A program made the position numbers and the translations under genes. 64,000 nt of DNA, from positions 449,014 through 513,013 of the forward strand of contig CAWELB010000002.1 of the NCBI GenBank assembly GCA_963809805.1, written 5' to 3'. The stretch comes from an uncultured Chloroflexia bacterium (GTDB lineage Bacteria; Chloroflexota; Anaerolineae; Anaerolineales; UBA4823). Shown in pieces: positions 18,064-27,816 of the stretch (the stretch's first letter is position 1; every line of letters starts with the position of its first letter). The notes beneath the pieces were generated by a model, which ran no database searches, was not told where the DNA came from, and saw nothing but the letters and a program-made list of their open reading frames with translations.

Positions 18064-19349
18064 GCTGGTTTGAGATTTCCTTTACGGAAGGAACGGGCGA
18101 CCATCCACCACCCAACCAGCTGCCATGGGATGACTACCAGCATGCGCGCCATCAGTCTTATGGTGCGAAAGGTATCCGTCCACTGCAGCAGCCTGGTCAT
18201 CAGATCTGGCAGGATGGGGAATAAAAGCTGGGGAGGCGAGTCGTTGAAAATTGTGAAAATCAGAGGCAGGATCCACACTGCGGATAAAGCGAGCCGGGGC
18301 AGCTCTCCCAGGTACACCAGGATCAATACCAGGGGCAGGATGAGGGCCAGGTTTTGCTCCGAAAGCCAGGTGCGGGTGAGGAAGAAGATCAATATCAGCA
18401 CCAGGCTATTCTTGAGCAGGCTAACCAGACCATGATCTCCCCTCCTCAAGAACAGGGCGCCGATAAATGTGGCGGGCAGCCAGACGACACCCAAAAGCCA
18501 CCAATTCCCAGGCAGTACGTAAGTACCCGCCGAAAGCTCATAAAGAGTGGTTAAAGCCATGCCTCCGCTGACGGTAAATTGGGTGTTCCAGCCATTCAGG
18601 ATGGGGCTGGCATCCCAGCGGAAGATGATAAAAGGAAGAACACACAATATCAACATACATATGCCCAGGGTGATCATGTAACCGATCAACCGCTTCCAAG
18701 GGGATCCCCACAGGAACAGCATCACTGCCAGCACGACTGGCACCGGAGTGGGTTTCAGGCAGATCGCCAATGCCAACAGGATGGCGGAGCTTATTAGGCG
18801 TTGCTTATTGACCAACACCAACGCCGCCAGGGTGACCAGTGCGACCAGTGAGTCGAATTGACCCCAGGCAGTGGTGAAATAAAACAGGAACGGATTCAAG
18901 ATCAGGAAAATCCAGGCTTTACGGGCTGACTCCTGGCTGACCTTTTGATCCAGCAAGATATCTTTGACCAGGTATGCCAGCCAGATATTGGCAACGATGA
19001 TCGGCAGCTTAATTGCCAGGTTGTAGAGCAGAAAATTGTGGGTGGGTGCATAACTAAGCAGATACAGAAGACCTAAAACGAGAGGCCAGGCTGGTGGGTA
19101 CCCGATACTGGTCAGTCCATAAAAGGCGGGGTTTTGAAATATCGCCCTGAGATCCGGAAGGATATATGGATCCAGGCCTGTTGCCACCAGGTAACCCGTT
19201 GCCATAAAGATGCGCACGTCGTAGGCATGCCCAAAAAAGAAGCCCAAGACCAGCTGAATCAGGATGCTGGCCAGGAGGAAGCCGAAGTCTTCCTTGGGGA
19301 CCAGCCGCCCTAATTTATTTGCACTCATCGGTTGAACTTCACTCGACAT
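18060..19349 (-). CDS. Polytopic GT-C-type glycosyltransferase-like membrane protein (DUF2029/GT87-like)
   Basis: 429 aa with more than 10 TM helices. The first loop HAYDVRIFMATGYLVATGLDPY resembles the D...F...G...PY loop of DUF2029/PMT-like GT-C enzymes. Confidence 0.55.
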   Translation of the reverse strand: MSSEVQPMSANKLGRLVPKEDFGFLLASILIQLVLGFFFGHAYDVRIFMATGYLVATGLDPYILPDLRAIFQNPAFYGLTSIGYPPAWPLVLGLLYLLSYAPTHNFLLYNLAIKLPIIVANIWLAYLVKDILLDQKVSQESARKAWIFLILNPFLFYFTTAWGQFDSLVALVTLAALVLVNKQRLISSAILLALAICLKPTPVPVVLAVMLFLWGSPWKRLIGYMITLGICMLILCVLPFIIFRWDASPILNGWNTQFTVSGGMALTTLYELSAGTYVLPGNWWLLGVVWLPATFIGALFLRRGDHGLVSLLKNSLVLILIFFLTRTWLSEQNLALILPLVLILVYLGELPRLALSAVWILPLIFTIFNDSPPQLLFPILPDLMTRLLQWTDTFRTIRLMARMLVVIPWQLVGWWMVARSFRKGNLKPA

Positions 19350-19350
19350 G

Positions 19351-20904
19351 CTATGTCGATGCCTGTGGTCGGCTCTGTTGGTAGGTCAGGATGGAAATAA
19401 AAATATAGGCAGCGGTATATGGGACCAGGATCGCCAGGACAAAATAATGCGCATGTAGAATGGCAATCGTAGTGGCAACCAATCCCAGGCAGACTGAAGC
19501 CAGCTCAAGCAGGAAAACGAAATCGAGCGGTACCTGGTATCTGCGGCTGCGCACTCCCGCTGCGTCTTTGACATTGGCATATTTTGGCGTTCGTTTGAAT
19601 TCCCATTGCTTGTTGGTGAACAGCGCTTTGATGGCTTCCACAGTATTGCTGACACTGATACCGCTACCCAGCAAGAACAACACCAGCAGACCTGGCAGAT
19701 TTTTTTGGATGGATAGCTTTTGAAGTTTTAAGCTTACCAGGGGAGATAACCAGGCTGCTACCATGCTAAGCAGGATCATGGCGTCCAACGCACCCCAGCT
19801 CAGGTCGTGCAACTGCTTGGCGGTCACCGGATCGAACGAAGCAAATGCACCTCCGAAAGGGGTGAGCATGTGCGAATGTACCAGGAAAGTATCCACTTCG
19901 AATATGGTGCCGAAACTGGCCAGGAGAAACGAGATGAACATCATTGGATGAAGGATGTAACCCGTCAGGTGGATGAAAGCTTCCACCCGTTGGTATAATT
20001 TTATGCGGTAGTTGGGCAAAATGGATGGCAGCAGTTTACGGGCGGTGCGCAACGACCCATTCGCCCAGCGCGCCTGCTGCTTTTTGAAGCTTGGCACGGT
20101 AGGTGGCACTTCACCCGGGCTGAACAGATCCTTGAGGAAAAGCACATGGTAGCCTTTCATCTGGATACGATAACTGGCATCCAGGTCCTCCGCCAGCGTA
20201 TCGGCTTGCCAGCCACCCGCTTCCACCAGGGCGCTTTTTCGCAATACCCCACCGCTGCCATTGAAATTCTGGAAGCATTTGGAGGCATACCGGCCGGTTT
20301 GTTCGACAAAAAAATGCACATCGATGCCGATGGCTACCGCGCTGGTCACCCGGTTGAAGTAGCGATTCAAGTGTGTCCACCGGCTTTGAACGATGGCTAG
20401 CTTTTCATCATCCAGCAGATAGGGGATGGTGCGCTGCAGAAAGTCAGCCGGTGGGGTGTAATCTGCGTCGAAGATTGCGATGAACTCTGCGGGAGTATTT
20501 TCCAGGGCGATTTGCAGGGCACCGGCTTTATAACCCTCACGCGTCGGTCTGCGCTGGGCATAGATATGAAATTTTTTCTGTGAATATTCGCTGACGATCT
20601 GATCGACCAGCTGGACAGTATCATCATTTGAATCATCCAGGATTTTGATCTCAGCACGATCGATACCATATTGCTCCACCATGCGGATGCATGAATCCAC
20701 CAGGCGGCGTACCACGTAGCGCTCATTGTAAATTGGCAGCTGGACTGAGATGAATGGGCGATTTCCATTCATTCCTGATTGAAGTTTTGGGGCATGATAA
20801 CGGTGCATCATACTCAACAAGAAGTAGTGGTTGAACCCGTAGATAAAGAACATAAACGTCAACAGGAGTGAAAGTACCAGGAAAAGGATCTGGACGTAGA
20901 GCAT
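19351..20904 (-). CDS. Membrane-embedded family-2 glycosyltransferase (synthase-like)
   Basis: 517 aa. N-terminal TM helix, GT-A core with DDSND and DxD (FDADY), Q(Q/R)xRW motif (KKQQARW) and several C-terminal TM helices. Confidence 0.8.
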   Translation of the reverse strand: MLYVQILFLVLSLLLTFMFFIYGFNHYFLLSMMHRYHAPKLQSGMNGNRPFISVQLPIYNERYVVRRLVDSCIRMVEQYGIDRAEIKILDDSNDDTVQLVDQIVSEYSQKKFHIYAQRRPTREGYKAGALQIALENTPAEFIAIFDADYTPPADFLQRTIPYLLDDEKLAIVQSRWTHLNRYFNRVTSAVAIGIDVHFFVEQTGRYASKCFQNFNGSGGVLRKSALVEAGGWQADTLAEDLDASYRIQMKGYHVLFLKDLFSPGEVPPTVPSFKKQQARWANGSLRTARKLLPSILPNYRIKLYQRVEAFIHLTGYILHPMMFISFLLASFGTIFEVDTFLVHSHMLTPFGGAFASFDPVTAKQLHDLSWGALDAMILLSMVAAWLSPLVSLKLQKLSIQKNLPGLLVLFLLGSGISVSNTVEAIKALFTNKQWEFKRTPKYANVKDAAGVRSRRYQVPLDFVFLLELASVCLGLVATTIAILHAHYFVLAILVPYTAAYIFISILTYQQSRPQAST

Positions 20905-20913
20905 ATAATGCCT

Positions 20914-21381
20914 TCAGATGCCCAGCACGAATACGATGATATAGACGATGACACCACCCGCCGTAGCTAGCATGTAGAGTGCATATGCCCAGCGCATGAA
21001 TAGCTTGTAATTATTGAAGCGCAACCGCATTGGCACGAGCTCATTTCCCCGCAGTGCCACAAAAACGCCCAATAGCAGGGCTATCGCACCAATGACGCCA
21101 TGCACAGTGGTCACGGCATAATCACCCTGGTTTAGTTTTGAAGGGATCCCCGGGAGGATATGAATGATATAGGAGGTTACCATGGAGATTAACACTACGA
21201 GTGTGTTTAACGTTACTGAGGTAGTCTGTACCCAGCGATGGGCTCTGAACTGCTTCCTTCTCGCCAGGATGAACCCGACATTGAATAAAACTGCCGTGAC
21301 CAGGATAAGCACCAGGGTGAGGTCAGAACGAAGAGTGGCTTTGGTTCCAAGGAACCCTGGTGTGGTGAGGAAATCAGACAT
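20914..21381 (-). CDS. Small 4-TM membrane protein (DUF420-like?)
   Basis: 155 aa with four hydrophobic helices and conserved-looking His residues (AHRW, TVHG). First gene of the minus-strand cluster. Confidence 0.5.
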   Translation of the reverse strand: MSDFLTTPGFLGTKATLRSDLTLVLILVTAVLFNVGFILARRKQFRAHRWVQTTSVTLNTLVVLISMVTSYIIHILPGIPSKLNQGDYAVTTVHGVIGAIALLLGVFVALRGNELVPMRLRFNNYKLFMRWAYALYMLATAGGVIVYIIVFVLGI

Positions 21382-21513
21382 ACATCATTATCCTGGCTTA
21401 TAGATTTCATTCTAGCAGAGTAATTGTATCATTTATGGTTAGGGAGATTACGAATTGATTAATGCTGTATGAAATGATGCTTGCCGGGTGGTAAAATCAT
21501 TAAGGAGCTGGAT

Positions 21514-22029
21514 ATGCATCTAAAGTGTAAATCCGAGTTGCTAGAATCTACTCGTACTGAACGAGGCAAACTGGAGAATAAAATTGCCGGAATGACTTCG
21601 GAAGAACTGATGTACCCTGGGAGCATGGGGGAGTGGTCCGTCAAAGACATTTTACAACATCTGGTGGACTGGGAACAACGCTGGATCAGCTGGTATGAGA
21701 CTGGAAAAAGAGGCGGTAGAGTAGAAACACCTGCACCAGGTTTTAATTGGCGACAGATGGGAGTGTTGAACGAGAACTATCGCCAGAAGCATAAAAACCG
21801 ACCGTTGGACGATGTACTGGTAGATTTTCATAAATCCTACCAACAGATATTGGACGTGATTGAGAAGATTCCAGAAACTGAAATGCTCACCATAGGGATT
21901 TATCCATGGACCGGGAAACTTCCCCTGATCGCCTGGATCGCTGGCAATACGTGCGAACATTATCAGTGGGCAGTTCAGATGATCCATCCTCGCAGTATCC
22001 AGCGAAAAATGAGGGCAATCGACAATTAG
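21514..22029 (+). CDS. ClbS/DfsB-family four-helix-bundle protein (DUF1706)
   Basis: KSELLESTRTERGKLENKIAGMTSEEL...WSVKDILQHLVDWE...NTCEHYQWA pattern. The likely start is the ATG at 21514; the track ORF starts at 21481. Confidence 0.7.
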   Translation: MHLKCKSELLESTRTERGKLENKIAGMTSEELMYPGSMGEWSVKDILQHLVDWEQRWISWYETGKRGGRVETPAPGFNWRQMGVLNENYRQKHKNRPLDDVLVDFHKSYQQILDVIEKIPETEMLTIGIYPWTGKLPLIAWIAGNTCEHYQWAVQMIHPRSIQRKMRAIDN

Positions 22030-22074
22030 CTGTATTATTGAGATCATTGGCATAATGAACAGGAGAGGATATCC

Positions 22075-23576
22075 ATGACCGAAGATGAAAAAGAAGCCAA
22101 GAAAAGCGAAGCCTCCACACCTGCCTCACCCAAGGATGAGCTGGTGCAAACCCAACACAGCCTGACCATTGATGGGAGGGAGATCCGTTATACTGTCACC
22201 TGTGGGACGATGGTCTTAAAGAGGAGGCAGAAAAAAAGGGGGAGAAAGAAGGCGAGGCGGAAGGGGAAAAGCCACGTGCCACAATCTTCTTTGTCGCCTA
22301 CACGCGCGATGGGGTTGAGGACCGATCAAAGCGCCCGCTGACGTTCTCCTTCAATGGAGGGCCGGGGTCATCCTCCGTTTGGCTTCATCTCGGATTACTG
22401 GGTCCACGCCGGGTGTTGTTGGATGACGAAGGTTTTGCTTATCCACCGCCTTATAAGCTTGTCGATAATGCCTTCTCCCTGCTCGATCAGACTGACCTGG
22501 TGTTCATCGACCCGGTGAGCACGGGTTACAGCCGGGCAGTACCGGGCGAAAAACCCAAGCAATTTCATGGCTTCAAGAAGGATATTGAGTCGGTGGGTGA
22601 TTTTATCCGCCTTTACACTACACGTTATCAACGCTGGACCTCGCCCAAGTTCCTCATTGGTGAAAGTTATGGCACCACGCGTGCCGCTGGTCTCTCCGGC
22701 TACCTGCAAGATCGCCACGGGATGTACTTGAATGGGATCATGTTGATATCCTCCATCCTGAACTTCCAAACCGCAGACTTCCATACTGGCAATGATCTGC
22801 CATATATCCTGTTCCTGCCCACCTATACTGCCACAGCCTGGTATCACCACCGCCTCAGCGATGATCTGGAGAAAGACTTAGCTGCCACGCTGGTGGAAGT
22901 AGAGGCCTTCACCCTGGGTGATTATTCGCACGCCTTGATGCAGGGGGATGACCTCCAGGATGAAGAGCGTTTGCTCATCGCCCGGAAACTGGCTCGCTAC
23001 ACCGGCCTGTCGGAAGACTACATTGATCGCAATAATCTGCGCATTGAGATCTTCCGCTTCACCAAGGAATTACTGCGCCACGCCAAGCGTACCGTCGGCA
23101 GGCTGGATAGCCGTTTCAAGGGTATCGACAGGGATTCAGCCGGGGAGCATTTCGAATTCGACCCCAGCATGAACAACATCGGCGGTCCATATACTGCCAC
23201 ATTGAATGATTACGTGCGTGGGGAGCTTAAGTTCGAATCGGACTTGACCTATGAGATCCTGTCTGAGCGAGTGCATCCATGGAGTTATGCCGAATTTGAG
23301 AATGAGTATGTTAACGTTGCAGAGACGTTGCGCAAAGCCATCACTACCAACCCACACTTGAAAGTATACGTGGCAAATGGCTATTTTGACCTGGCGACGC
23401 CCTACCTGGCAACCCGCTATACCTTCAAGCATCTTGGATTGGACAAGTCATTAACTGGCAACCTGCGCATGGGTTATTTTGAAGCCGGGCATATGATGTA
23501 TATTCACATACCCTCCCTGGTCAAGCTGAAAGCTGAACTGGTGGATTTCATTAATTGGGCTATCCCAGGATCTTGA
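22075..23576 (+). pseudogene. Peptidase S10-family serine carboxypeptidase, reading frame interrupted
   Basis: The N-terminus (HSLTIDGREIRYTVTCGTMVLK) is in the frame of 22075. The rest is in the frame of 22413, which is open from about 22180: EEAEKKGEKEGEAEGEKPRATIFFVAYT...RPLTFSFNGGPGSSSVW...GESYGT. The shift lies between about 22215 and 22242, which includes the A7G5 tract at 22231-22242. Confidence 0.8.
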
Positions 23577-23883
23577 GGCTTATAGATAACCCGACTTTAC
23601 AGTGAATAATGTCGCAACAGGCACTTATATTGCCTGATTCGTGCAAATTTGCACGCAAATAAACAGAGTAGTTCGGCTTTCTTCCACTGATTTGTGAACC
23701 TAAAGGTATCAGCGGCTGGAAAATTGTTGCTTTGCTGAGTTATCTAATCACTCCAGGCATACTGTGAGACCTATATTTAAAGCTCACCAGCTTCCTCGTG
23801 AAATCGGGAACAATTTGCGATTCTAGGGCGTTAACTTGAATGCGGTCCTTGAGCCGCAGATATTGCCTTTGAAGGAGAGTTGT

Positions 23884-24933
23884 ATGTTAACCATCAGCAA
23901 GCGCACCATTCCATTTATTGCGATTATCTTATTTATTGCTGCATGTACATCTGCCAGCCCAACCGCTGAACCTACCGGGACAACCGTTATCCCCCCAGCT
24001 GAAGCAACCGTTCAACAATCTACTGCCACAATACCGCCTACCACAGTTCCTGTTGCCCCTACCGCCACACAGGCACCCACCAATGCTCCGCCGCCTATGG
24101 GTGGGAGTGGTGTGATCGAGTTCGGCTCGAACAGGGATGGGGATTTCACCAATGTTTATGTAATGAACACCACGGATAAAAGTGTTTTACAATTAACCAT
24201 GGGCGATTCCAATGTCTTTCCCGGTCCATTTTCCCCCGATGGCACTAAGCTGCTCTTCACCGGATTTGGACTCACGAATAGCTACGTGGGTCTGATGACC
24301 GCGGATGGCACCGATCCAATCGATCTGTCTGGGCGACCTAGCGTTGATGAAGGCTTTCCTACCTGGTCACCGGATGGAACAAAGATTGCATTTACCTCCC
24401 GCAAGGACGGCAACAATGAAATTTACATCATGAATGCAGCCGACGGAACCATCGTTAAACGCCTCACCGATAACCCCGCCGATGACTTCGGTGCTGCCTG
24501 GTCTCCCAATGGCGAACTGATCGCATTTGTTTCAGACCGGGACAATGCCGCAGGTGTGAATAATCTTTACGTCATGCACGTGGATGGCTCGGATGTCGTC
24601 CGCCTGACCAATGGCACCGAGATCGATTACGGACCTGCCTGGTCTCCAGATGGGTCACAGATCGCCTTCCGGGCGGACGTCGATGGCAATGGTGATATCT
24701 ATGTGATCAAAGCCGATGGCACGGGCAGGGTCAACCTGACCAATAACCCGGCGAGCGATTGGTCACCCGCCTGGTCACCAGACGGAAAATTGATTGCATT
24801 CCAAACCGACCGGGATGGCAATTGGGAAATCTACGTCATGAATTCCGATGGGTCGCAGCCCACCAACCTGACCCAGAATGCCTCCGATGATCAGATGCCG
24901 TATTGGAAGCCAAACTTGGCTGGCATCAATTAA
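23884..24933 (+). CDS. Lipoprotein with PD40/TolB-like beta-propeller repeats
   Basis: ATG 23884 follows a GGAG RBS. Lipobox IAAC. P/T-rich linker. Six or more repeats of the W/FSPDG...I.F....DG. .EIY. type. Confidence 0.8.
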   Translation: MLTISKRTIPFIAIILFIAACTSASPTAEPTGTTVIPPAEATVQQSTATIPPTTVPVAPTATQAPTNAPPPMGGSGVIEFGSNRDGDFTNVYVMNTTDKSVLQLTMGDSNVFPGPFSPDGTKLLFTGFGLTNSYVGLMTADGTDPIDLSGRPSVDEGFPTWSPDGTKIAFTSRKDGNNEIYIMNAADGTIVKRLTDNPADDFGAAWSPNGELIAFVSDRDNAAGVNNLYVMHVDGSDVVRLTNGTEIDYGPAWSPDGSQIAFRADVDGNGDIYVIKADGTGRVNLTNNPASDWSPAWSPDGKLIAFQTDRDGNWEIYVMNSDGSQPTNLTQNASDDQMPYWKPNLAGIN

Positions 24934-25129
24934 CCAGTAATAGCTAATGATCCCCGCTAACATGGATCGTCGCTGGGGCAGTGATCAGTACAGATAATTG
25001 TTGCATTGTTCTCATGAATTTGTTTTTGTTGAGATTTATTATTGGTAGGAGAACCAGAAAAATTTAGATCGCAAACATTTGCGGGCTGAAAAACCCCCAA
25101 TGGGTGAGATTCGGATGGTAACGTGAATT

Positions 25130-26248
25130 ATGCGCCAAAAAACATTGGTTAAAATCATTTATCTGGAGGCATTTGTAGCTGTAGCTGCCCTGATATTTGT
25201 TCTGTTGGCTTTATGGTACAAGCCTTTGGATCCGGTGCTTGGGTTGCCAACTGGCACGCCGGGTCAGACTGACCGTTTAGCCAATAACCCTACAGTCAGT
25301 GCGATTGAGACTATTTCCCCGACTGAAGCCACGCCAACCCCTTCTTCGCTGTTATCCCAGATTGTGTCTATATTGGAGCCTCAATCTGGATCCAGCCAGC
25401 CCCTGTGTAATGGTCCGTCTGTGATGACCCTGCTCGTGGTCGGATCTGACGAGCGCGCCGAAGACTATCTGTATGGCCTGGCGGATTCCATCCGCATCGT
25501 CCGCATCAACTTTACTGCACCCGAGATGATGGTATTGGACATGCCCCGCGACTTATGGGTCGAAATTCCGGGCATTTCGGACCATTACGGTGTCACCCAC
25601 GGCAAGCTCAACCAGGCATATTTCTTCGGCAACCCCGGCATGGGTTATTATGACGGTCCGGGGGAAGGTCCGGGCCTGCTCGCCCGTACCCTGGAATTGA
25701 ACTTCGACTTGAGCGTGGATCACTATCTGGCGGTGGATATGAAGACTTTTAGCCGCATGATCGATGCCATTGGAGGAATAGATATTCGGGTGGATTCCGG
25801 GATCGACCTGAATGAGAATCAGGATGGTGCCAACCCGGAGTATGTATTCGAGCCGGGTATGCATCACCTGGATGGTCAGTTGGCACTTAAGCTAGCCATG
25901 AACCGGTATCCAACCATATTTCAACGCGCCCGTAATCAGAATATCGTCTTGAAAGCCATCCAGAATAAGCTGGTTACCCCTGCCATGTTGCCCGAGTTGC
26001 CGGGGTTGATCGCTCAGTTCAGCCAATCCGTCCAAACCGATTTGAGCCCAAGCAACATCAGTAGCCTGGTGTGCATCGGGCAGGCTTTGACCAAGGATGA
26101 GATCAATATGGTGGCTTTTCCTGATGATATGTTCTCATCGGGTCGTATATATGATCCTTATCGCCAGGTGAACACTTCCATCGTGGAAGCAGACTTCAAC
26201 CAGATTCGCTCGGAAATTGCTGATTTTATGAATGGGTTGTGGCCTTAA
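25130..26248 (+). CDS. LytR-CpsA-Psr (LCP) family protein
   Basis: N-terminal TM anchor. LLVVGSDER...ADSIRIVRINF...MVLDMPRDLWVEIPG...KLNQAYFFG matches the LCP core. Confidence 0.8.
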   Translation: MRQKTLVKIIYLEAFVAVAALIFVLLALWYKPLDPVLGLPTGTPGQTDRLANNPTVSAIETISPTEATPTPSSLLSQIVSILEPQSGSSQPLCNGPSVMTLLVVGSDERAEDYLYGLADSIRIVRINFTAPEMMVLDMPRDLWVEIPGISDHYGVTHGKLNQAYFFGNPGMGYYDGPGEGPGLLARTLELNFDLSVDHYLAVDMKTFSRMIDAIGGIDIRVDSGIDLNENQDGANPEYVFEPGMHHLDGQLALKLAMNRYPTIFQRARNQNIVLKAIQNKLVTPAMLPELPGLIAQFSQSVQTDLSPSNISSLVCIGQALTKDEINMVAFPDDMFSSGRIYDPYRQVNTSIVEADFNQIRSEIADFMNGLWP

Positions 26249-26363
26249 TGCTGGAACACAGTACACCATTTAGTCCGCCTCAGAGTTATAGTATCTGTAC
26301 AAATATCCACCCGCGCCAGGTAAATTTCCCATTTCGCGCGAAAATAATGCATGGGAGACTATC

Positions 26364-26846
26364 ATGCCTGACGATGCTCAAATCTATATGATCCAGCAGG
26401 TAGCCGAGGTGACGGATCAACTGTACCAGGCGTGCCGGCACCTGGTTCCCCAGCTTACCCACAACAACCCACCACCTACGCGCGAGGAGCTTGCCCTTTT
26501 GCTGACTGGGGGATCTTCAATCCTCTTTATTGCTCAACGACAAGAATCCGCCTCCAATGCTATCATCGGATTGGCTACTCTGGCACTTTATCGCGTTCCG
26601 ACTGGCTTACGAGGCTACATCGAAGATGTGATCGTGGATGAGAACGCCCGCGGCAAAGGTATCGGCGAAGCGCTCACGCGTGCCTGCCTGGATTATGCCC
26701 AAAACGCCGGCTGCCCGCAGGTAATGTTGACCTGTAACCCTGGCAGGCAAGCGGCCAACCGGCTGTACCAGCGCATGGGTTTCGAGCTACGCAAGACGAA
26801 TGTATATCGGTATAGTTTTGAGAAGCCGAAGGCGAGTCGGAAATAA
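26364..26846 (+). CDS. GNAT-family N-acetyltransferase
   Basis: Acetyl-CoA motif VDENARGKGIGEALT (R/Q-x-x-G-x-G/A) and YQRMGF tail. Confidence 0.85.
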   Translation: MPDDAQIYMIQQVAEVTDQLYQACRHLVPQLTHNNPPPTREELALLLTGGSSILFIAQRQESASNAIIGLATLALYRVPTGLRGYIEDVIVDENARGKGIGEALTRACLDYAQNAGCPQVMLTCNPGRQAANRLYQRMGFELRKTNVYRYSFEKPKASRK

Positions 26847-26871
26847 GTATATATCAACTGGTGAATTCGAA

Positions 26872-27816
26872 ATGAAAGAAACCGGAGTAACTCAGGATCA
26901 GCTGCTGCAATTATTACAGCAGGCAATCGGCACGCAGGTTGAGCTCGTTGGTCAAAAGATTGTCAATCAGCAATTTGATTATTTGGTGCTGGTTGCCCAA
27001 CTCCACCACCCGTCGATCAAAGTGGTCATTAAAATCGCAGGACCAGGTGCCCGGATGGCTGCCTCTTTTGATCGGACCGTTATGATCAACCGTCTGGTAG
27101 CTTCAAGCACAACCATCCCGATGGCTGAGGTACTGGCAGTCGATGTGTCGGGCCACGAGTGGCCGTGGCGTTATTTGCTCATGACTTATATTCCAGGGCG
27201 GGAGTGGGCAATTGTGAGACGACGAATGAACGCTCAAGAGATGTCGGATGCATATCGACAAATCGGCGATGCAGCGGCACAGCTTCATATGATTCATTTT
27301 CCCGCTTTCGGCGAGCTGGCAGGGGATGGTAGTGTTCGGGGAGAAAGATCATTCTACGCCGAGTTTACTCAACGCGCCCGGTCCTGCATCCAAAACGACC
27401 GCTTGTACGACCAATTTTTATCTGTGCTGCAACCAAACCAGGCTCTCTTCACTGACGTTCGCCAGGCGTGCCTGTGCCATGAAGACCTGCACGGGTACAA
27501 CATCCTCTTTGAACATCGCCAGGATCAATGGCACCTGGCAACCATTCTGGATTTTGATAAGGCATGGTCTGGCAATCACCAGATAGACCTGGCTCGGCTT
27601 GAATTCTGGAAGGGAATGACGAGCAAGGAATTCTGGGAAGCCTATACCGCCAATTGCTCGATTGAACCGCTGTATGTACAACGCCGGCCGATTTACCAGC
27701 TGTTGTGGTGTTTTGAATACGCCAGAAATACTCCTCGACATCTCAGGGATACCCGGCAATTGTGTGAGAAATTAGGACTTCCAGAATTGGTGACTTTTGA
27801 TGCGGATCAGCTTTAG
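26872..27816 (+). CDS. Aminoglycoside/choline-kinase-like phosphotransferase (APH family)
   Basis: Catalytic loop CHEDLHGYNILF (HxDxxxxN) and ILDFD (DFD-type metal site). The ATG at 26872 avoids overlap with the GNAT gene. Confidence 0.8.
   Translation: MKETGVTQDQLLQLLQQAIGTQVELVGQKIVNQQFDYLVLVAQLHHPSIKVVIKIAGPGARMAASFDRTVMINRLVASSTTIPMAEVLAVDVSGHEWPWRYLLMTYIPGREWAIVRRRMNAQEMSDAYRQIGDAAAQLHMIHFPAFGELAGDGSVRGERSFYAEFTQRARSCIQNDRLYDQFLSVLQPNQALFTDVRQACLCHEDLHGYNILFEHRQDQWHLATILDFDKAWSGNHQIDLARLEFWKGMTSKEFWEAYTANCSIEPLYVQRRPIYQLLWCFEYARNTPRHLRDTRQLCEKLGLPELVTFDADQL

Noticed and set aside
22075-22341. An 88-aa ORF with a K/R-rich tail, considered as an independent small basic protein.
   Set aside because: Its first 48 aa match the N-terminus of the S10 peptidase. 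Its tail is the out-of-frame reading of the GE-rich linker. It is better explained as a frameshifted 5' part of one gene.
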